Part shown: positions 24,373-33,847 of the stretch, one piece after another | Layout of the letters: each line of letters opens with the position of its first letter | Position numbering within the stretch: position 1 is the stretch's first letter | DNA from: an uncultured Candidatus Saccharibacteria bacterium | GTDB taxonomy: Bacteria > Patescibacteriota > Minisyncoccia > JAHIHE01 > JAGLIN01 | Reading direction: 5' to 3' | Assembly (NCBI GenBank): GCA_964553695.1 | Contig: CAZKLR010000001.1 | Coordinates: 1 to 36,395 of the forward strand | DNA: 36,395 bases | Position numbers and translations under genes: made by a program | Notes under the pieces: generated by a model | The model's database searches: none | What the model was told of the DNA's origin: nothing | What the model saw: only the letters and a program-made list of their open reading frames with translations

Positions 24373-25701
24373 ATGCCTCGAGTTAAAAAAGAAGAACAGG
24401 CCGAGAAAAAAGCCAGAAAAAAAATGAAGCCGATTCAAATTGTAAAAGGAATGAAAGACGTTTTGCCTCCGGAGCAGTTTGCCTGGGAGCATATTTTGGA
24501 AAATTCCAGAAAAATGTGCCAAGATTTTGGATTTGGAAGAATTGAAACTCCTATTGTTGAAAACACGGATCTTTTCAAGCGGGGAGTAGGGCAAGTTACT
24601 GATATCGTGGAAAAAGAAATGTTTTCTTTTGAGACTCAAGGAGGAGATAAAGTGTCTCTTCGTCCGGAAGGCACAGCGGGCGTGGTCCGTTCGTATATTG
24701 AAAATGGAATGAGCAAATGGACTCAGCCGGTTCACCTTTATTACGAAGGATCGATGTTTCGTTATGACAAACCTCAGCAGGGAAGGTATCGTGAATTTCA
24801 TCAATTTGGTGCAGAGGTTATCGGAGAAGACAGTCCTGCAATTGATGCTCAGATTATTTATCTTGCTTGGAAGATTTTTCAGAAAATCGGCATAAAAAAT
24901 GTCTCAATACAAATAAACAGCATCGGCTGTACAACTTGCAGGAATAAATACAAAAAGCTTTTGACTGATTATTATGATATGAAAATCAATAAGCTTTGCA
25001 CGGATTGCAAAAGAAGATTGGAAAAGAATCCGATGAGGCTTTTGGACTGCAAAGAGGATAAATGTATGCAAGTCGGAGCCGGAGCGCCTCAAATTATTGA
25101 TAATTTATGTCCGCAGTGTAATGATCATTTTAAGAGCGTTTTGGAGTTTTTGGACGAGTTGGAAATACCGTATGTTTTGAATCCAAATCTTGTGAGGGGG
25201 TTGGATTATTATACGAGAACAGTTTTTGAAATTTGGACTGACGGGGAAGACGGAGAATCGAGGCAATCTGCATTGGGCGGCGGCGGAAGATATGACGGAC
25301 TCGTCGGGCTTCTTGGGGGAGAGGAAACTCCTGCGGTTGGTTTTTCTTTTGGAGTAGAAAGAGTTGCAGAAAAACTTATAAAAATGAACTTGGATTTGGA
25401 ACCTAAAGTTTCAAAAGATGTTTTCTTGGTTCAGCTAGGAGATATGGCAAGGAGAAAAGTTATGAAGGCTTTTGACAAACTCATAGATACCGAAATTACA
25501 GTTGGAGAGTCTTTGGGTCGCGGCAGTATTAAATCTCAGCTAAGGATGGCGAACAAGTCGCATGCAAAACTTGCTCTTATTATCGGACAAAAAGAAGCAC
25601 TTGATAATACTGTAATTGTTCGGGATATGAAAAGTGGAATGCAGGAAACAGTAATGCTGGAAGATATTGTTAAAGAAGTGAGACGAATGCTAAAGAAATA
25701 A
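24373..25701 (+). CDS. hisS: histidine--tRNA ligase
   Basis: 442 aa. Motifs: VKGMKDVLP, LRPEGTAGVVR, FRYDKPQQGRYREFHQFGAE, GGGRYDGL. The more likely start may be ATG 24424 (MKPIQIVKGMKD). Confidence 0.9.
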   Translation: MPRVKKEEQAEKKARKKMKPIQIVKGMKDVLPPEQFAWEHILENSRKMCQDFGFGRIETPIVENTDLFKRGVGQVTDIVEKEMFSFETQGGDKVSLRPEGTAGVVRSYIENGMSKWTQPVHLYYEGSMFRYDKPQQGRYREFHQFGAEVIGEDSPAIDAQIIYLAWKIFQKIGIKNVSIQINSIGCTTCRNKYKKLLTDYYDMKINKLCTDCKRRLEKNPMRLLDCKEDKCMQVGAGAPQIIDNLCPQCNDHFKSVLEFLDELEIPYVLNPNLVRGLDYYTRTVFEIWTDGEDGESRQSALGGGGRYDGLVGLLGGEETPAVGFSFGVERVAEKLIKMNLDLEPKVSKDVFLVQLGDMARRKVMKAFDKLIDTEITVGESLGRGSIKSQLRMANKSHAKLALIIGQKEALDNTVIVRDMKSGMQETVMLEDIVKEVRRMLKK

Positions 25702-25768
25702 GTTTCTAAGGGTAAATAGGATTTTTTCTCGCAAGCAAAGTAAGTTATATAATTTTTATCTTATAACT

Positions 25769-26119
25769 ATGGATTGCATATTTGATAAACTTATAGCCGG
25801 AGAGATTCCGGCAAAGAAAGTCTATGAAGACGATTACGTCTTTGCTTTCTACGATATACATCCGATTGCGCCGGTACATATTTTGATTATTCCCAAAAAA
25901 CATATTGAATCGGTGAATGACGTGGAAGAAGCAGATATTGAAACGATGGGGCATTTATTTTTGGCGGCAAAACAAATTGCCAAGGAATTGGGCATTGCGG
26001 AAAAGGGCTATAAACTTCTTGTGCGTACTGGGCGTGATGGCGGACAGGAAGTGTCGCATATTCATATGCATCTGTTGGGAGGTGCCAGGCTTCGGGAAGA
26101 TATTGGGCCGATAAAATAG
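25769..26119 (+). CDS. HIT family (histidine triad) nucleotide-binding protein
   Basis: 116 aa. CIFDKLIAGEIPAKKVYEDDYVFAFYDIHPIAPVHILIIPKKH plus the triad SHIHMHLLGG. Confidence 0.9.
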   Translation: MDCIFDKLIAGEIPAKKVYEDDYVFAFYDIHPIAPVHILIIPKKHIESVNDVEEADIETMGHLFLAAKQIAKELGIAEKGYKLLVRTGRDGGQEVSHIHMHLLGGARLREDIGPIK

Positions 26120-26208
26120 AAAATTAATTATTTCATGAATTTTTCTTAATAAAATATAGGAATATCTATAAGTTTTATTTTTGGGATTTTGAGGTTATAT
26201 CTGATAAC

Positions 26209-26236
26209 TTGCCAAACATAGAAATTCTGTTATACT
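26209..26236 (+). promoter_or_regulatory. sigma70-like promoter upstream of rpsU
   Basis: TTGCCA (26209-26214), 16-nt spacer ending in TGT, then TATACT (26231-26236). Confidence 0.45.
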
Positions 26237-26284
26237 AAAATAAGTTTTTATATAAACAATAATATCACATTGGAGGTGATAACA

Positions 26285-26521
26285 ATGATTGAAGTCAAGA
26301 AAAAAGACAACGAAAGCGTTGGCAGTTTGCTTAGGCGTTTTTCAAGGAAAGTGCAGCAAAGCGGACTTCTTTTGCAAGCTCGAAGCTCAAGGTTTCAGGA
26401 AAGAGAAAAGAGCCGGACAGAAAGAAGAAAAAGCGCTTTAAGACGAAACCAAATCGTAGCTCAGAAAGACAAAGATAGAAAATTGGGAAAACTCGAAGAA
26501 GAATTCAAATTCAAAAAATAG
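26285..26521 (+). CDS. rpsU: 30S ribosomal protein S21
   Basis: MIEVKKKDNESVGSLLRRFSRKVQQSGLL..REKSRTERRKSALRR. The start is set at ATG 26285 because GGAGGTGA lies 4-5 nt upstream; the ORF-track TTG 26270 overlaps that SD. Confidence 0.85.
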   Translation: MIEVKKKDNESVGSLLRRFSRKVQQSGLLLQARSSRFQEREKSRTERRKSALRRNQIVAQKDKDRKLGKLEEEFKFKK

Positions 26522-26556
26522 TTTTTGCTTATTTTAATCGACTTTCGTTAAGACTT

Positions 26557-27003
26557 ATGGAGCTAGAAGATAAAATAAAGGAAGATCTTAAGGCAGCGAT
26601 AAAAAGCGGCGATACTGCCGTAAGAGATGTCCTTAGGTTTTTGATGTCGGATTTAAAAAATGAAGTTATTAAAACTCAAAAGGATTTGGAAGACAAAGAT
26701 GTTTTGGCAGTGGTTCGCAGGAATATAAAAACCAGAAAAGATTCTATCGAGCAATTTTTGGCTGCCGGCCGTGCCGATTTGGCTGATAAAGAAAAAGAGG
26801 AGCTTGCTGTCTTGGAGAAATATCAGCCGGAGCAGATGAGCGAAGAAGAAATCGAAAAGACAGTCAAAAAAGTTTTGGAAAGAATGGATGCGGAGCAGGC
26901 AAAGAATTTTGGTTTGGTTATGAAAGAAGTTCTGAAAGAGATCGAGGGTAGAGCTGATGGCGCCGTAGTGAGCAAGATCGTTAAAAAGACTTTAATCGGT
27001 TAA
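26557..27003 (+). CDS. GatB/YqeY domain-containing protein
   Basis: 148 aa. LKAAIKSGDTAVRDVLRFLMSDLKNE..RRNIKTRKDSIEQFLAAGRADLADKEKEELAVLEKYQPEQMSEEEI is typical of the YqeY family. Confidence 0.8.
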   Translation: MELEDKIKEDLKAAIKSGDTAVRDVLRFLMSDLKNEVIKTQKDLEDKDVLAVVRRNIKTRKDSIEQFLAAGRADLADKEKEELAVLEKYQPEQMSEEEIEKTVKKVLERMDAEQAKNFGLVMKEVLKEIEGRADGAVVSKIVKKTLIG

Positions 27004-27034
27004 TAGCCGTTTAGGGTTTTTTTATTTTTTTATT

Positions 27035-27487
27035 TTGTCAAAAATGAGCCTTTTAATAAGAAATTTTACCAAAAAGAAAGTCAGCGCAAAAGAGCTTGAA
27101 GTAACAATGACTGTTGTGATCTCAGAGGAAAAAATCAAGAAAGAAGTTGAAGTCAGCTTGGTTTTTGTCGGAGACAAAAGAATTAGGGCTTTGAATAAAA
27201 AATATCGCGGCATAGATAGGATTACGGATGTACTTTCTTTTGAAGGGGAGAACGATGATGTTTTTATAAGTCCGGACAATGATACTTCTTATTTGGGGGA
27301 GATTTTTATATGTTATCCAAGAGCAGAAAAACAGGCAAAAGAAAAAAAACATTCGGTGAAAAAAGAAATTAACATCCTTTTTGTTCATGGACTTTTTCAT
27401 CTTCTGGGATATAACCATATTCGAGACGAAGACTATAAACTTATGAATAAAAAAGAGTTGAAAGTGCTAAAAAAAATATACGAATAA
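27035..27487 (+). CDS. ybeY: rRNA maturation RNase YbeY
   Basis: 150 aa. TDVLSF motif and metal-binding motif HGLFHLLGYNH. Confidence 0.85.
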   Translation: MSKMSLLIRNFTKKKVSAKELEVTMTVVISEEKIKKEVEVSLVFVGDKRIRALNKKYRGIDRITDVLSFEGENDDVFISPDNDTSYLGEIFICYPRAEKQAKEKKHSVKKEINILFVHGLFHLLGYNHIRDEDYKLMNKKELKVLKKIYE

Positions 27488-27490
27488 TTT

Positions 27491-27862
27491 ATGTCTAGTT
27501 TTAAAAGATTTCTTAAAAGTTTAAAGCATGCCTTTAACGGTCTAAAAAGCGTTATTAAAGAAGGTAATTTTCAGATAGAACTCGCAATGGGAATTGCGGT
27601 AATTATTTTTTCAATTTATTTTAAACTGTCCAGTATTGAGCTGGCAATTCTCGTTCTGACAATATCGTTAGTTTTAGTGATGGAGATTATAAATACTATT
27701 TTTGAAAGGGTTACCGATATTCTGGTTCCCAGATTACATCCTTATGCGAAGATAATTAAAGATATGATGGCAGGTGCGGTTCTTGTGGTTTCTTTAGGCT
27801 CAGTAATTATCGGATTAGCAATTTTTTATCCATATTTTATAGCTTCATTGAATATTTTTTAG
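27491..27862 (+). CDS. dgkA: diacylglycerol kinase family (DgkA/undecaprenol kinase-like) membrane protein
   Basis: 123 aa, three TM segments. FKHAFNGL N-terminus, EIINTIFERVTD and KDMMAGAVLV motifs. Confidence 0.8.
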   Translation: MSSFKRFLKSLKHAFNGLKSVIKEGNFQIELAMGIAVIIFSIYFKLSSIELAILVLTISLVLVMEIINTIFERVTDILVPRLHPYAKIIKDMMAGAVLVVSLGSVIIGLAIFYPYFIASLNIF

Positions 27863-27977
27863 GGATACTTTTTATTTTTTTAAAAATATACTATAATATT
27901 TTTAAGGTTTTTATCCTTGGTTTTAAAACGAAAAGTAACAAATAGCAGAAAGAATTATTTTTTAAACAAAAGGCCTC

Positions 27978-29219
27978 ATGTCAAAAGAAAATATCGTAAT
28001 AGGACTTGATCTAGGTACAAGTCAAATCAGAACAATCGTAGCACAGATACAGGGAGACGATTCCAAACCGTTGGTTCTTGGAGTTGGGACAGCGCCATCT
28101 GCCGGCATTAGTAATGGAGTAGTTGTTGATATAGAAGAAACTATAAACGCTATTAACAAGTCCAAAGAGGAGGCCGAGAGAATTGCGGGTGTTCCTATTG
28201 AGCATGCTTTTGTCAGCATAAATGGTAAACATATAGTATCTCAGTTTTCCAAGGGGGTTGTTGCAGTGTCTAGGGCCGATGGTGAAATAAGCGAAGAAGA
28301 TGTGAATCGAGTTATAAACGCCGCGCAAGCAATTTCTATTCCTAATAATAAGGAAATCATAAACATTGTTCCTTGTAGCTACACTATTGACGGACAGGAA
28401 CAGATTAAATATCCGGTGGGAATGAGCGGAGTGCGTTTGGAAGTTAATGCTTTGCTGGTACAGGGCGCTGCTCCGTTTATAAAGAATTTAGAAAAATGCG
28501 TGCAGCAAAGATGCGGAATTGATATCGATGATTTGGTTTTTGCTCCGATGGCGGCCACAAAAGCGGTTATTTCGCGCAGACAGAAAGAATTGGGCGTGGT
28601 TGTTGTTGATCTGGGCAAAGAAACCACGGGCATTTCTGTGTATGAGGATGGAAATATCTTGGGAATGAAAATAATTCCGATCGGTTCAGGGCACATAACA
28701 AATGATATTGCAATCGGTTTAAGAACTTCTATTGACGTTGCGGAAAAGATAAAACTTGAGTATGGAAATACAGTACCGGAAGAGATTAATAAAAATGAGG
28801 AAATAGATTTGAGCGAAATGGATTCTAATGAAGAGGGTGTTTTTAAGAGACAATATATTTCTGAAATTATAGAAGCTCGCGTTGAAGAAATTTTTACAAT
28901 GGTGGATGATGAACTTAAAAAATTGGATAAGAGCGGAATGCTTCCAGCCGGTGTCGTAATTACCGGCGGTGGAGCTAAATTGCCAGGCATAATAACCCTT
29001 GCAAAAAGAGTGCTTAGACTTCCCGCTCAAATAGGCTACCCAATGGAAATGAACGGTGTTGTGGACAAGATTGATGATCCTGAGTTTGCAACTTCCGTGG
29101 GCTTAATACTGTGGGAGGCTGATGACAATGGAGCATTTTCTATGGAAAAAAAAGGAGGGGTTGATTTCGGAGGATTAGGGAGAAAAATAGGCGGAATTCT
29201 CAAGAATATCCTTCCTTAG
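27978..29219 (+). CDS. ftsA: cell division protein FtsA
   Basis: 413 aa actin-fold protein. Motifs: IVIGLDLGTSQIRTIVA, VVDLGKETTGISVY, GSGHITNDIA, GVVITGGGAKLPG. Confidence 0.9.
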   Translation: MSKENIVIGLDLGTSQIRTIVAQIQGDDSKPLVLGVGTAPSAGISNGVVVDIEETINAINKSKEEAERIAGVPIEHAFVSINGKHIVSQFSKGVVAVSRADGEISEEDVNRVINAAQAISIPNNKEIINIVPCSYTIDGQEQIKYPVGMSGVRLEVNALLVQGAAPFIKNLEKCVQQRCGIDIDDLVFAPMAATKAVISRRQKELGVVVVDLGKETTGISVYEDGNILGMKIIPIGSGHITNDIAIGLRTSIDVAEKIKLEYGNTVPEEINKNEEIDLSEMDSNEEGVFKRQYISEIIEARVEEIFTMVDDELKKLDKSGMLPAGVVITGGGAKLPGIITLAKRVLRLPAQIGYPMEMNGVVDKIDDPEFATSVGLILWEADDNGAFSMEKKGGVDFGGLGRKIGGILKNILP

Positions 29220-29288
29220 GTATTTTCTTGCGATATTTTTGGAAAAAAGTTATTATGGAAATATAAGAGTATTAATAGTTTAAAATAT

Positions 29289-30800
29289 ATGAAAGAAATA
29301 AAACCAGAACTGGAAACTTTCGCAAGGATAAAGGTTGTTGGCGTGGGAGGAAGTGGCAATCATGCAATAAGCAGAATGATGGAGGCTAATTTGAAAGGAA
29401 TCGATTTTATTGCTGTAAATGCGGATGCCCAGGACCTTCACCATTGCAGAGTTCCGGAAAAGATACATATAGGGAAAAATTTAACCAGAGGTTTGGGCGC
29501 GGGTATGAATCCTGATATCGGACGCCAGGCGGCAGAGGAAAATAAGGATGAAATTCAAGATGCGCTCAAAAATGCCGATATGGTTTTTGTAACCTGCGGT
29601 CTGGGGGGAGGAACAGGAACAGGCGCCGCTCCTATTATTGCTGAAGCAGCCAAGGATGCCGGAGCTTTGACGGTAGCGGTGGTAACTAAGCCTTTTGCTT
29701 TTGAAGGAATGCAAAGAAGAAAAATTGCCGAGGCCGGGCTTGAAGCGCTGAAGGCGAATGTGGATACGATTATTACAATTCCAAACGATAAAATTCTTCA
29801 AGTAATTGATAAAAACACTCCTTTACTTGATTCCTTCAAAATAGTTGATGACGTTTTGAGACAAGGAGTTCAAGGAATCTCAGATCTTATAACTATTCCT
29901 GGTATAGTAAATGTTGATTTTGCCGATGTAAAATCTATTATGCAGAACACCGGTCCGGCCCTTATGGGAATCGGACGTGCTTCCGGTGAAAATAGAGCTG
30001 TGGATGCTGCCAAACAGGCGATAAACAGTCCTCTTTTGGAACTTTCTATTAATGGTGCCCGGGGAGTTTTGTTTAATATAAGCGGTGGGGCAGATTTGAC
30101 TATGATGGAAGTTAATGATGCGGCACAGGTTATTACTGAGTCTGCTGATCCGGAAGCAAAAGTTATTTTTGGTGCTATAACAGATGAGGATTTAAAAAAG
30201 GGAGAAATAAAAATTACAGTAATTGCTACAGGTTTTCAATCTCCTACTATTCCATATACCCCCAAGAAGCAGCAAGTTGGCAGGGGTTTTAGCGAGGTTG
30301 AAACAATAAAAACGGAATCGGTTCAAGAAAATAAACAGGAAGATTTATTTAGACCAAAATCTGATATAAGTTTATCTAAAGTTGATAGTTTGCCAAGTTT
30401 CTCAAAAAAGAACTTGTCATCTTCTATTGCCGAAGTATTTAAGAAAGATTTGAGAGATAAGAATAAAGAAAAAGAGGAAATAGTAAAAGAAGAAAAAACG
30501 GAAATTAAAAAGGAGGAAAATATAGAAAGAAAAGAAACTGGATTGGATAGCTTGTTTGTGCCTAAAGCTGCTCCCAAATATGTTAGCGAGCCTGCAGTTT
30601 CTTCTGGTTTTTATGAAGATAAAGAAAAAAGGTCCAGCGATAGAGCTTTTTCAGATATTTCCAGGAATGAAAAAAGATCCGAAGAGAGCGTAAATAAACC
30701 TTTTGCCTCAAAGATCAGTAATATAAAATACAGTGATGAGTATGATATCCCTGCTTTTTTGAGAAAAAAGATGGATAAAAATAAAAATATTTCAAATTAA
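29289..30800 (+). CDS. ftsZ: cell division protein FtsZ with long C-terminal linker
   Basis: 503 aa. [17 protein letters not shown], signature [14 protein letters not shown], and NVDFADV. The core ends about aa 320, followed by a K/E/S-rich linker of about 165 aa and the conserved tail DIPAFLRKK. Confidence 0.95.
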   Translation: MKEIKPELETFARIKVVGVGGSGNHAISRMMEANLKGIDFIAVNADAQDLHHCRVPEKIHIGKNLTRGLGAGMNPDIGRQAAEENKDEIQDALKNADMVFVTCGLGGGTGTGAAPIIAEAAKDAGALTVAVVTKPFAFEGMQRRKIAEAGLEALKANVDTIITIPNDKILQVIDKNTPLLDSFKIVDDVLRQGVQGISDLITIPGIVNVDFADVKSIMQNTGPALMGIGRASGENRAVDAAKQAINSPLLELSINGARGVLFNISGGADLTMMEVNDAAQVITESADPEAKVIFGAITDEDLKKGEIKITVIATGFQSPTIPYTPKKQQVGRGFSEVETIKTESVQENKQEDLFRPKSDISLSKVDSLPSFSKKNLSSSIAEVFKKDLRDKNKEKEEIVKEEKTEIKKEENIERKETGLDSLFVPKAAPKYVSEPAVSSGFYEDKEKRSSDRAFSDISRNEKRSEESVNKPFASKISNIKYSDEYDIPAFLRKKMDKNKNISN

Positions 30801-30835
30801 ATCTCTATAGTAAATTGTAAACAAAAATAAAAATC

Positions 30836-30898
30836 CTGCCCTTTAAGGAAGTTGTCTGTTTTTGATGTTGTCAAAATAAACGTAAAAGGCAGTTTTTT
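30836..30898 (+). terminator. putative complex terminator after ftsZ
   Basis: Outer stem CTGCCCTTTA (30836-30845) / TAAAAGGCAG (30883-30892) with 1 mismatch and a 37-nt interior, followed by TTTTTTATTTTTT. Confidence 0.35.
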
Positions 30899-30943
30899 AT
30901 TTTTTATTTGCGGACAAAATTAATCAGGTAAAAAAAGTAAATC

Positions 30944-32689
30944 ATGGAACCTAAAAAAATAAAAGTACAGCAAGTAAGAAAAAGAGACGGCAGAATTGTA
31001 AAATTTGATAAGAAAAAGATTACCGGTGTTTTAATGAAAGCTTTTAAAGCTACAGACGAAGGCGGTCTTAGAAATGCGCAGGATTTAACGAGGAAGATAG
31101 AGCACGAAATAGACAAAAGGTTCACAGTGAGAAATGGCGGCGGCAAAATGAAAGCGGAAATTCCTACGGTTGAGGAAATTCAGGATATTGTGGAAGGGAT
31201 TTTGATAAGAGAAAATTATGTTGATACTGCCAAGGCTTTTATTATTTATAGGGAACAGCACAGAAGGCTGCGCGAGAATCAGGAGGTTCTTAAAAATGCC
31301 GTTGATTTGGTTGATGCCTATTTGAGCGAGATGGACTGGAAAGTCAAAGAGAACAGCAATATGTCTTATTCTCTGCAAGGGCTTAATAATTACATCGGGG
31401 AGATTGTTACTTCCAAATATTGGATAGAAAAAATTTATCCGCCGGAGGTGCGTGATGCTTACGTTGATGGCGATTTTCATATTCATGATCTGGGGCTGCT
31501 TTCTGTTTATTGTTGCGGATGGGATTTGAAGGATCTCTTGACGCGTGGATTTGGCGGGGTTAAAGGGAAAATTGAAAGCGGGCCGGCTAAACATTTTCGT
31601 TCGGCTTTGGGCCAGCTGGTAAATTTTCTTTATACTTTGCAGGGAGAAGCGGCAGGAGCGCAGGCTATTTCCAATTTCGACACATTGCTTGCTCCTTTTA
31701 TCAGATATGATCAGCTTACTTATCGTGAAGTTAAGCAGGCAATGCAGGAGTTTTTATTTAATATGAATGTTCCAACTCGTGTAGGATTCCAGACGCCTTT
31801 CACAAATATTACGATGGATTTGACTGTGCCTTCCACTTTGGCGAATGAGGCGGTGATAATAGGCGGGCAGCCTCAAAAAGAACAGTATAAAGATTTTGCG
31901 AGCGAAGTCATTCTTTTAAATAAAGCTTTTGCGGAGGTGATGTCGGCAGGGGATTCAAGCGGCAGAGTTTTTACTTTCCCTATTCCAACCTATAATATTA
32001 CCAAAGATTTTAATTGGGACGATCCGGAGCTGGAACCGCTTTGGGAAATGACTGCCAAATATGGAATCCCTTATTTTTCCAACTATATAAACAGCGATAT
32101 GAATCCGGAAGACGCTCGTTCAATGTGCTGTCGTTTGCGTCTCGACAATCGCGAGCTCTACAAACGCGGCGGCGGGCTTTTTGGAGCAAATCCTATGACG
32201 GGTTCTATTGGAGTTGTAACGATCAATTTGCCAAGAATTGGATATACTTCAAAAAATAAGAAAGAATTCTTTAAGCGTTTGGAAGAATTGATGGGTTTGG
32301 CAAAAGTGAGTTTGGAAATCAAAAGAAAGACTTTGGAAAATTTTACCGCCAATGGACTTTATCCGTATTCCAGGCATTATCTTGAAAATATAAAATTGCA
32401 GAGAGGTGAGTACTGGGGCAATCACTTTTCAACTATCGGAATTATAGGAATGAATGAGGCGCTTTTGAATTTCTTCGGTCCCAAGACCAATATTGCTACT
32501 CCGAAAGGTATGGCTTTTGCAGAAGAAATTCTGAATTTTATGCGTGATAAGATGGTTGAATATCAGGAAGAAACCGGAAATTTGTATAATTTGGAAGCGA
32601 CTCCCGGAGAAGGCACCTCTTACCGTTTGGCTCGCAAGGACAAGGCCAAATATCCGGATATTCTTACGGCAAATGATAATATAATATAA
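30944..32689 (+). CDS. nrdD: anaerobic ribonucleoside-triphosphate reductase, C-terminally truncated (possible pseudogene)
   Basis: 581 aa. N-terminal ATP-cone (VRKRDGRIVKFDKKKI), then a class III RNR core (NMSYSLQGLNNY, HIHDL, CCGWDL, GAQAISNFDT, FTFPIPTYN, YFSNY.NSDM..EDARSMCCRLRLD, LEATPGEGTSYRLARKDKAKYPDI). The ORF stops at ..LTANDNII* with no Zn-ribbon and no RVxGY glycyl-radical motif. About 130-150 aa appear to be missing. Confidence 0.85.
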   Translation: MEPKKIKVQQVRKRDGRIVKFDKKKITGVLMKAFKATDEGGLRNAQDLTRKIEHEIDKRFTVRNGGGKMKAEIPTVEEIQDIVEGILIRENYVDTAKAFIIYREQHRRLRENQEVLKNAVDLVDAYLSEMDWKVKENSNMSYSLQGLNNYIGEIVTSKYWIEKIYPPEVRDAYVDGDFHIHDLGLLSVYCCGWDLKDLLTRGFGGVKGKIESGPAKHFRSALGQLVNFLYTLQGEAAGAQAISNFDTLLAPFIRYDQLTYREVKQAMQEFLFNMNVPTRVGFQTPFTNITMDLTVPSTLANEAVIIGGQPQKEQYKDFASEVILLNKAFAEVMSAGDSSGRVFTFPIPTYNITKDFNWDDPELEPLWEMTAKYGIPYFSNYINSDMNPEDARSMCCRLRLDNRELYKRGGGLFGANPMTGSIGVVTINLPRIGYTSKNKKEFFKRLEELMGLAKVSLEIKRKTLENFTANGLYPYSRHYLENIKLQRGEYWGNHFSTIGIIGMNEALLNFFGPKTNIATPKGMAFAEEILNFMRDKMVEYQEETGNLYNLEATPGEGTSYRLARKDKAKYPDILTANDNII

Positions 32690-32701
32690 ACTTTCAAATA
32701 T

Positions 32702-32727
32702 AAAACAGCCTGTTAAAGGCTGTTTTT
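32702..32727 (+). terminator. rho-independent terminator immediately after the nrdD breakpoint
   Basis: AACAGCC (32704-32710) / GGCTGTT (32718-32724), loop TGTTAAA, then TTT. Confidence 0.6.
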
Positions 32728-32815
32728 ATGAAAAAAACTTATGGCTTTATTCTTTACTTTTTGCGCTATAAGCCTTATTATTAAGTTAAGATTATTTTTT
32801 AAAATATAAATTTCT

Positions 32816-33838
32816 ATGCAAAGAACGGAAATTATAAAGCAAATAGAAGAATTGAGAAATTCAAAAGTTGTGAGTTATATAACGAGTGATAGACAAGGTC
32901 CTATAAATGCGCGCGTGGCGATGGATATTATTCCGATTATCAGCTCCCAGCTTCGCAAAATAGGAAAAACGAGTAAGATTGATTTAGTTTTGTACAGCTC
33001 CGGAGGTGACACAATGGTCCCGTGGCGGCTGGTTTCGATGATCCGGGAATATTGTGATCAGTTTTCAGTAATTGTTCTTTATAAAGCTCATAGCGCGGCA
33101 ACGATGATTTCCCTGGGGGCGGATGAAATTGTTATGAGTGATATGTCGGAACTTTCACCAATCGATCCTTCAACGTCTAATTTTTTCAATCCGTCTGATC
33201 CGCAAAATCCCCAGAGCAGGATTCCGATTTCCGTTGAAGAAGTAATGGCTTATTTTGATCTGGCAAAAAATAAATTTGGGATTAAAAGCGATGAAGAGCT
33301 CACAAAGATTTTCAATAAGTTCATCGAAAGCAATCCTTCCATACATCCGCTGGCGTTGGGCAATGTGAACAGAACGCATAATCTTATTAAAATCCTTGCC
33401 AAACGCCTTTTAAAAAGCCACAGAGAGTCTCTCAAGGAGGAAGAAATTGATAGAATCATTGAATTTTTAACGGAAAAACTATACTCGCATCAGTATTATA
33501 TCGGCAGAAAGGAAGCCAAAGAAGATCTGGGGATAAAAACTGTGACTTATGCCGATGAGAAATTGTCAGAGTTGATGACCAGTCTTTATGAAAGCTATGC
33601 CGAGGAAGCGCAGATAAACAAAATCTGGAATCCGGAAATTGAGATTGAAGGAAAGGAAACGCAGAATAAAGAATATAAAATCGCTTTTGTGGAAAGCGGG
33701 GAAATGCAGAATTATTTCTCTTTGGGGATCGAATTGAAGAAAGTAAGAAAACCTGTGCCTCTTCAGACTCCGCAAGGTCCGATTAATATTGAACAGGACC
33801 AAATTGTGTGGAGAATGACAGGGCAGGGGTGGAGATAG
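32816..33838 (+). CDS. Clp-fold serine protease, SDH (serine dehydrogenase proteinase)/S49 SppA-like family
   Basis: 340 aa. VVSYITSDRQG...IDLVLYSSGGDTMVPWRLVSMIREYCDQFSVIVLYKAHSAATMISLGADEIVMSDMSELSPIDPS matches the ClpP/crotonase-fold SDH family pattern, with the nucleophile Ser in HSAAT. The C-terminal about 200 aa are helical with no motif I recognise. Confidence 0.65.
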   Translation: MQRTEIIKQIEELRNSKVVSYITSDRQGPINARVAMDIIPIISSQLRKIGKTSKIDLVLYSSGGDTMVPWRLVSMIREYCDQFSVIVLYKAHSAATMISLGADEIVMSDMSELSPIDPSTSNFFNPSDPQNPQSRIPISVEEVMAYFDLAKNKFGIKSDEELTKIFNKFIESNPSIHPLALGNVNRTHNLIKILAKRLLKSHRESLKEEEIDRIIEFLTEKLYSHQYYIGRKEAKEDLGIKTVTYADEKLSELMTSLYESYAEEAQINKIWNPEIEIEGKETQNKEYKIAFVESGEMQNYFSLGIELKKVRKPVPLQTPQGPINIEQDQIVWRMTGQGWR

Positions 33839-33847
33839 TAAACGAAA

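Noticed and set aside
26270-26284. TTG 26270 as the start of rpsU, as in the ORF track.
   Set aside because: The TTG and the following codons are themselves the SD sequence GGAGGTGA. ATG 26285 gives the canonical S21 N-terminus MIEVKK.
28379-28990. 203-aa minus-strand ORF inside ftsA. Similar antisense ORFs occur at 31085-31594 in nrdD, 10160-10615, 23354-23794 in lepB, 24355-24804 in hisS, 6497-6898 in hsp20, 3040-3420 and 29481-29801.
   Set aside because: Each lies entirely inside a well-supported gene on the opposite strand. Their compositions are low-complexity (Ser/Ile/Phe-rich) with no recognisable motifs. These are typical shadow ORFs.
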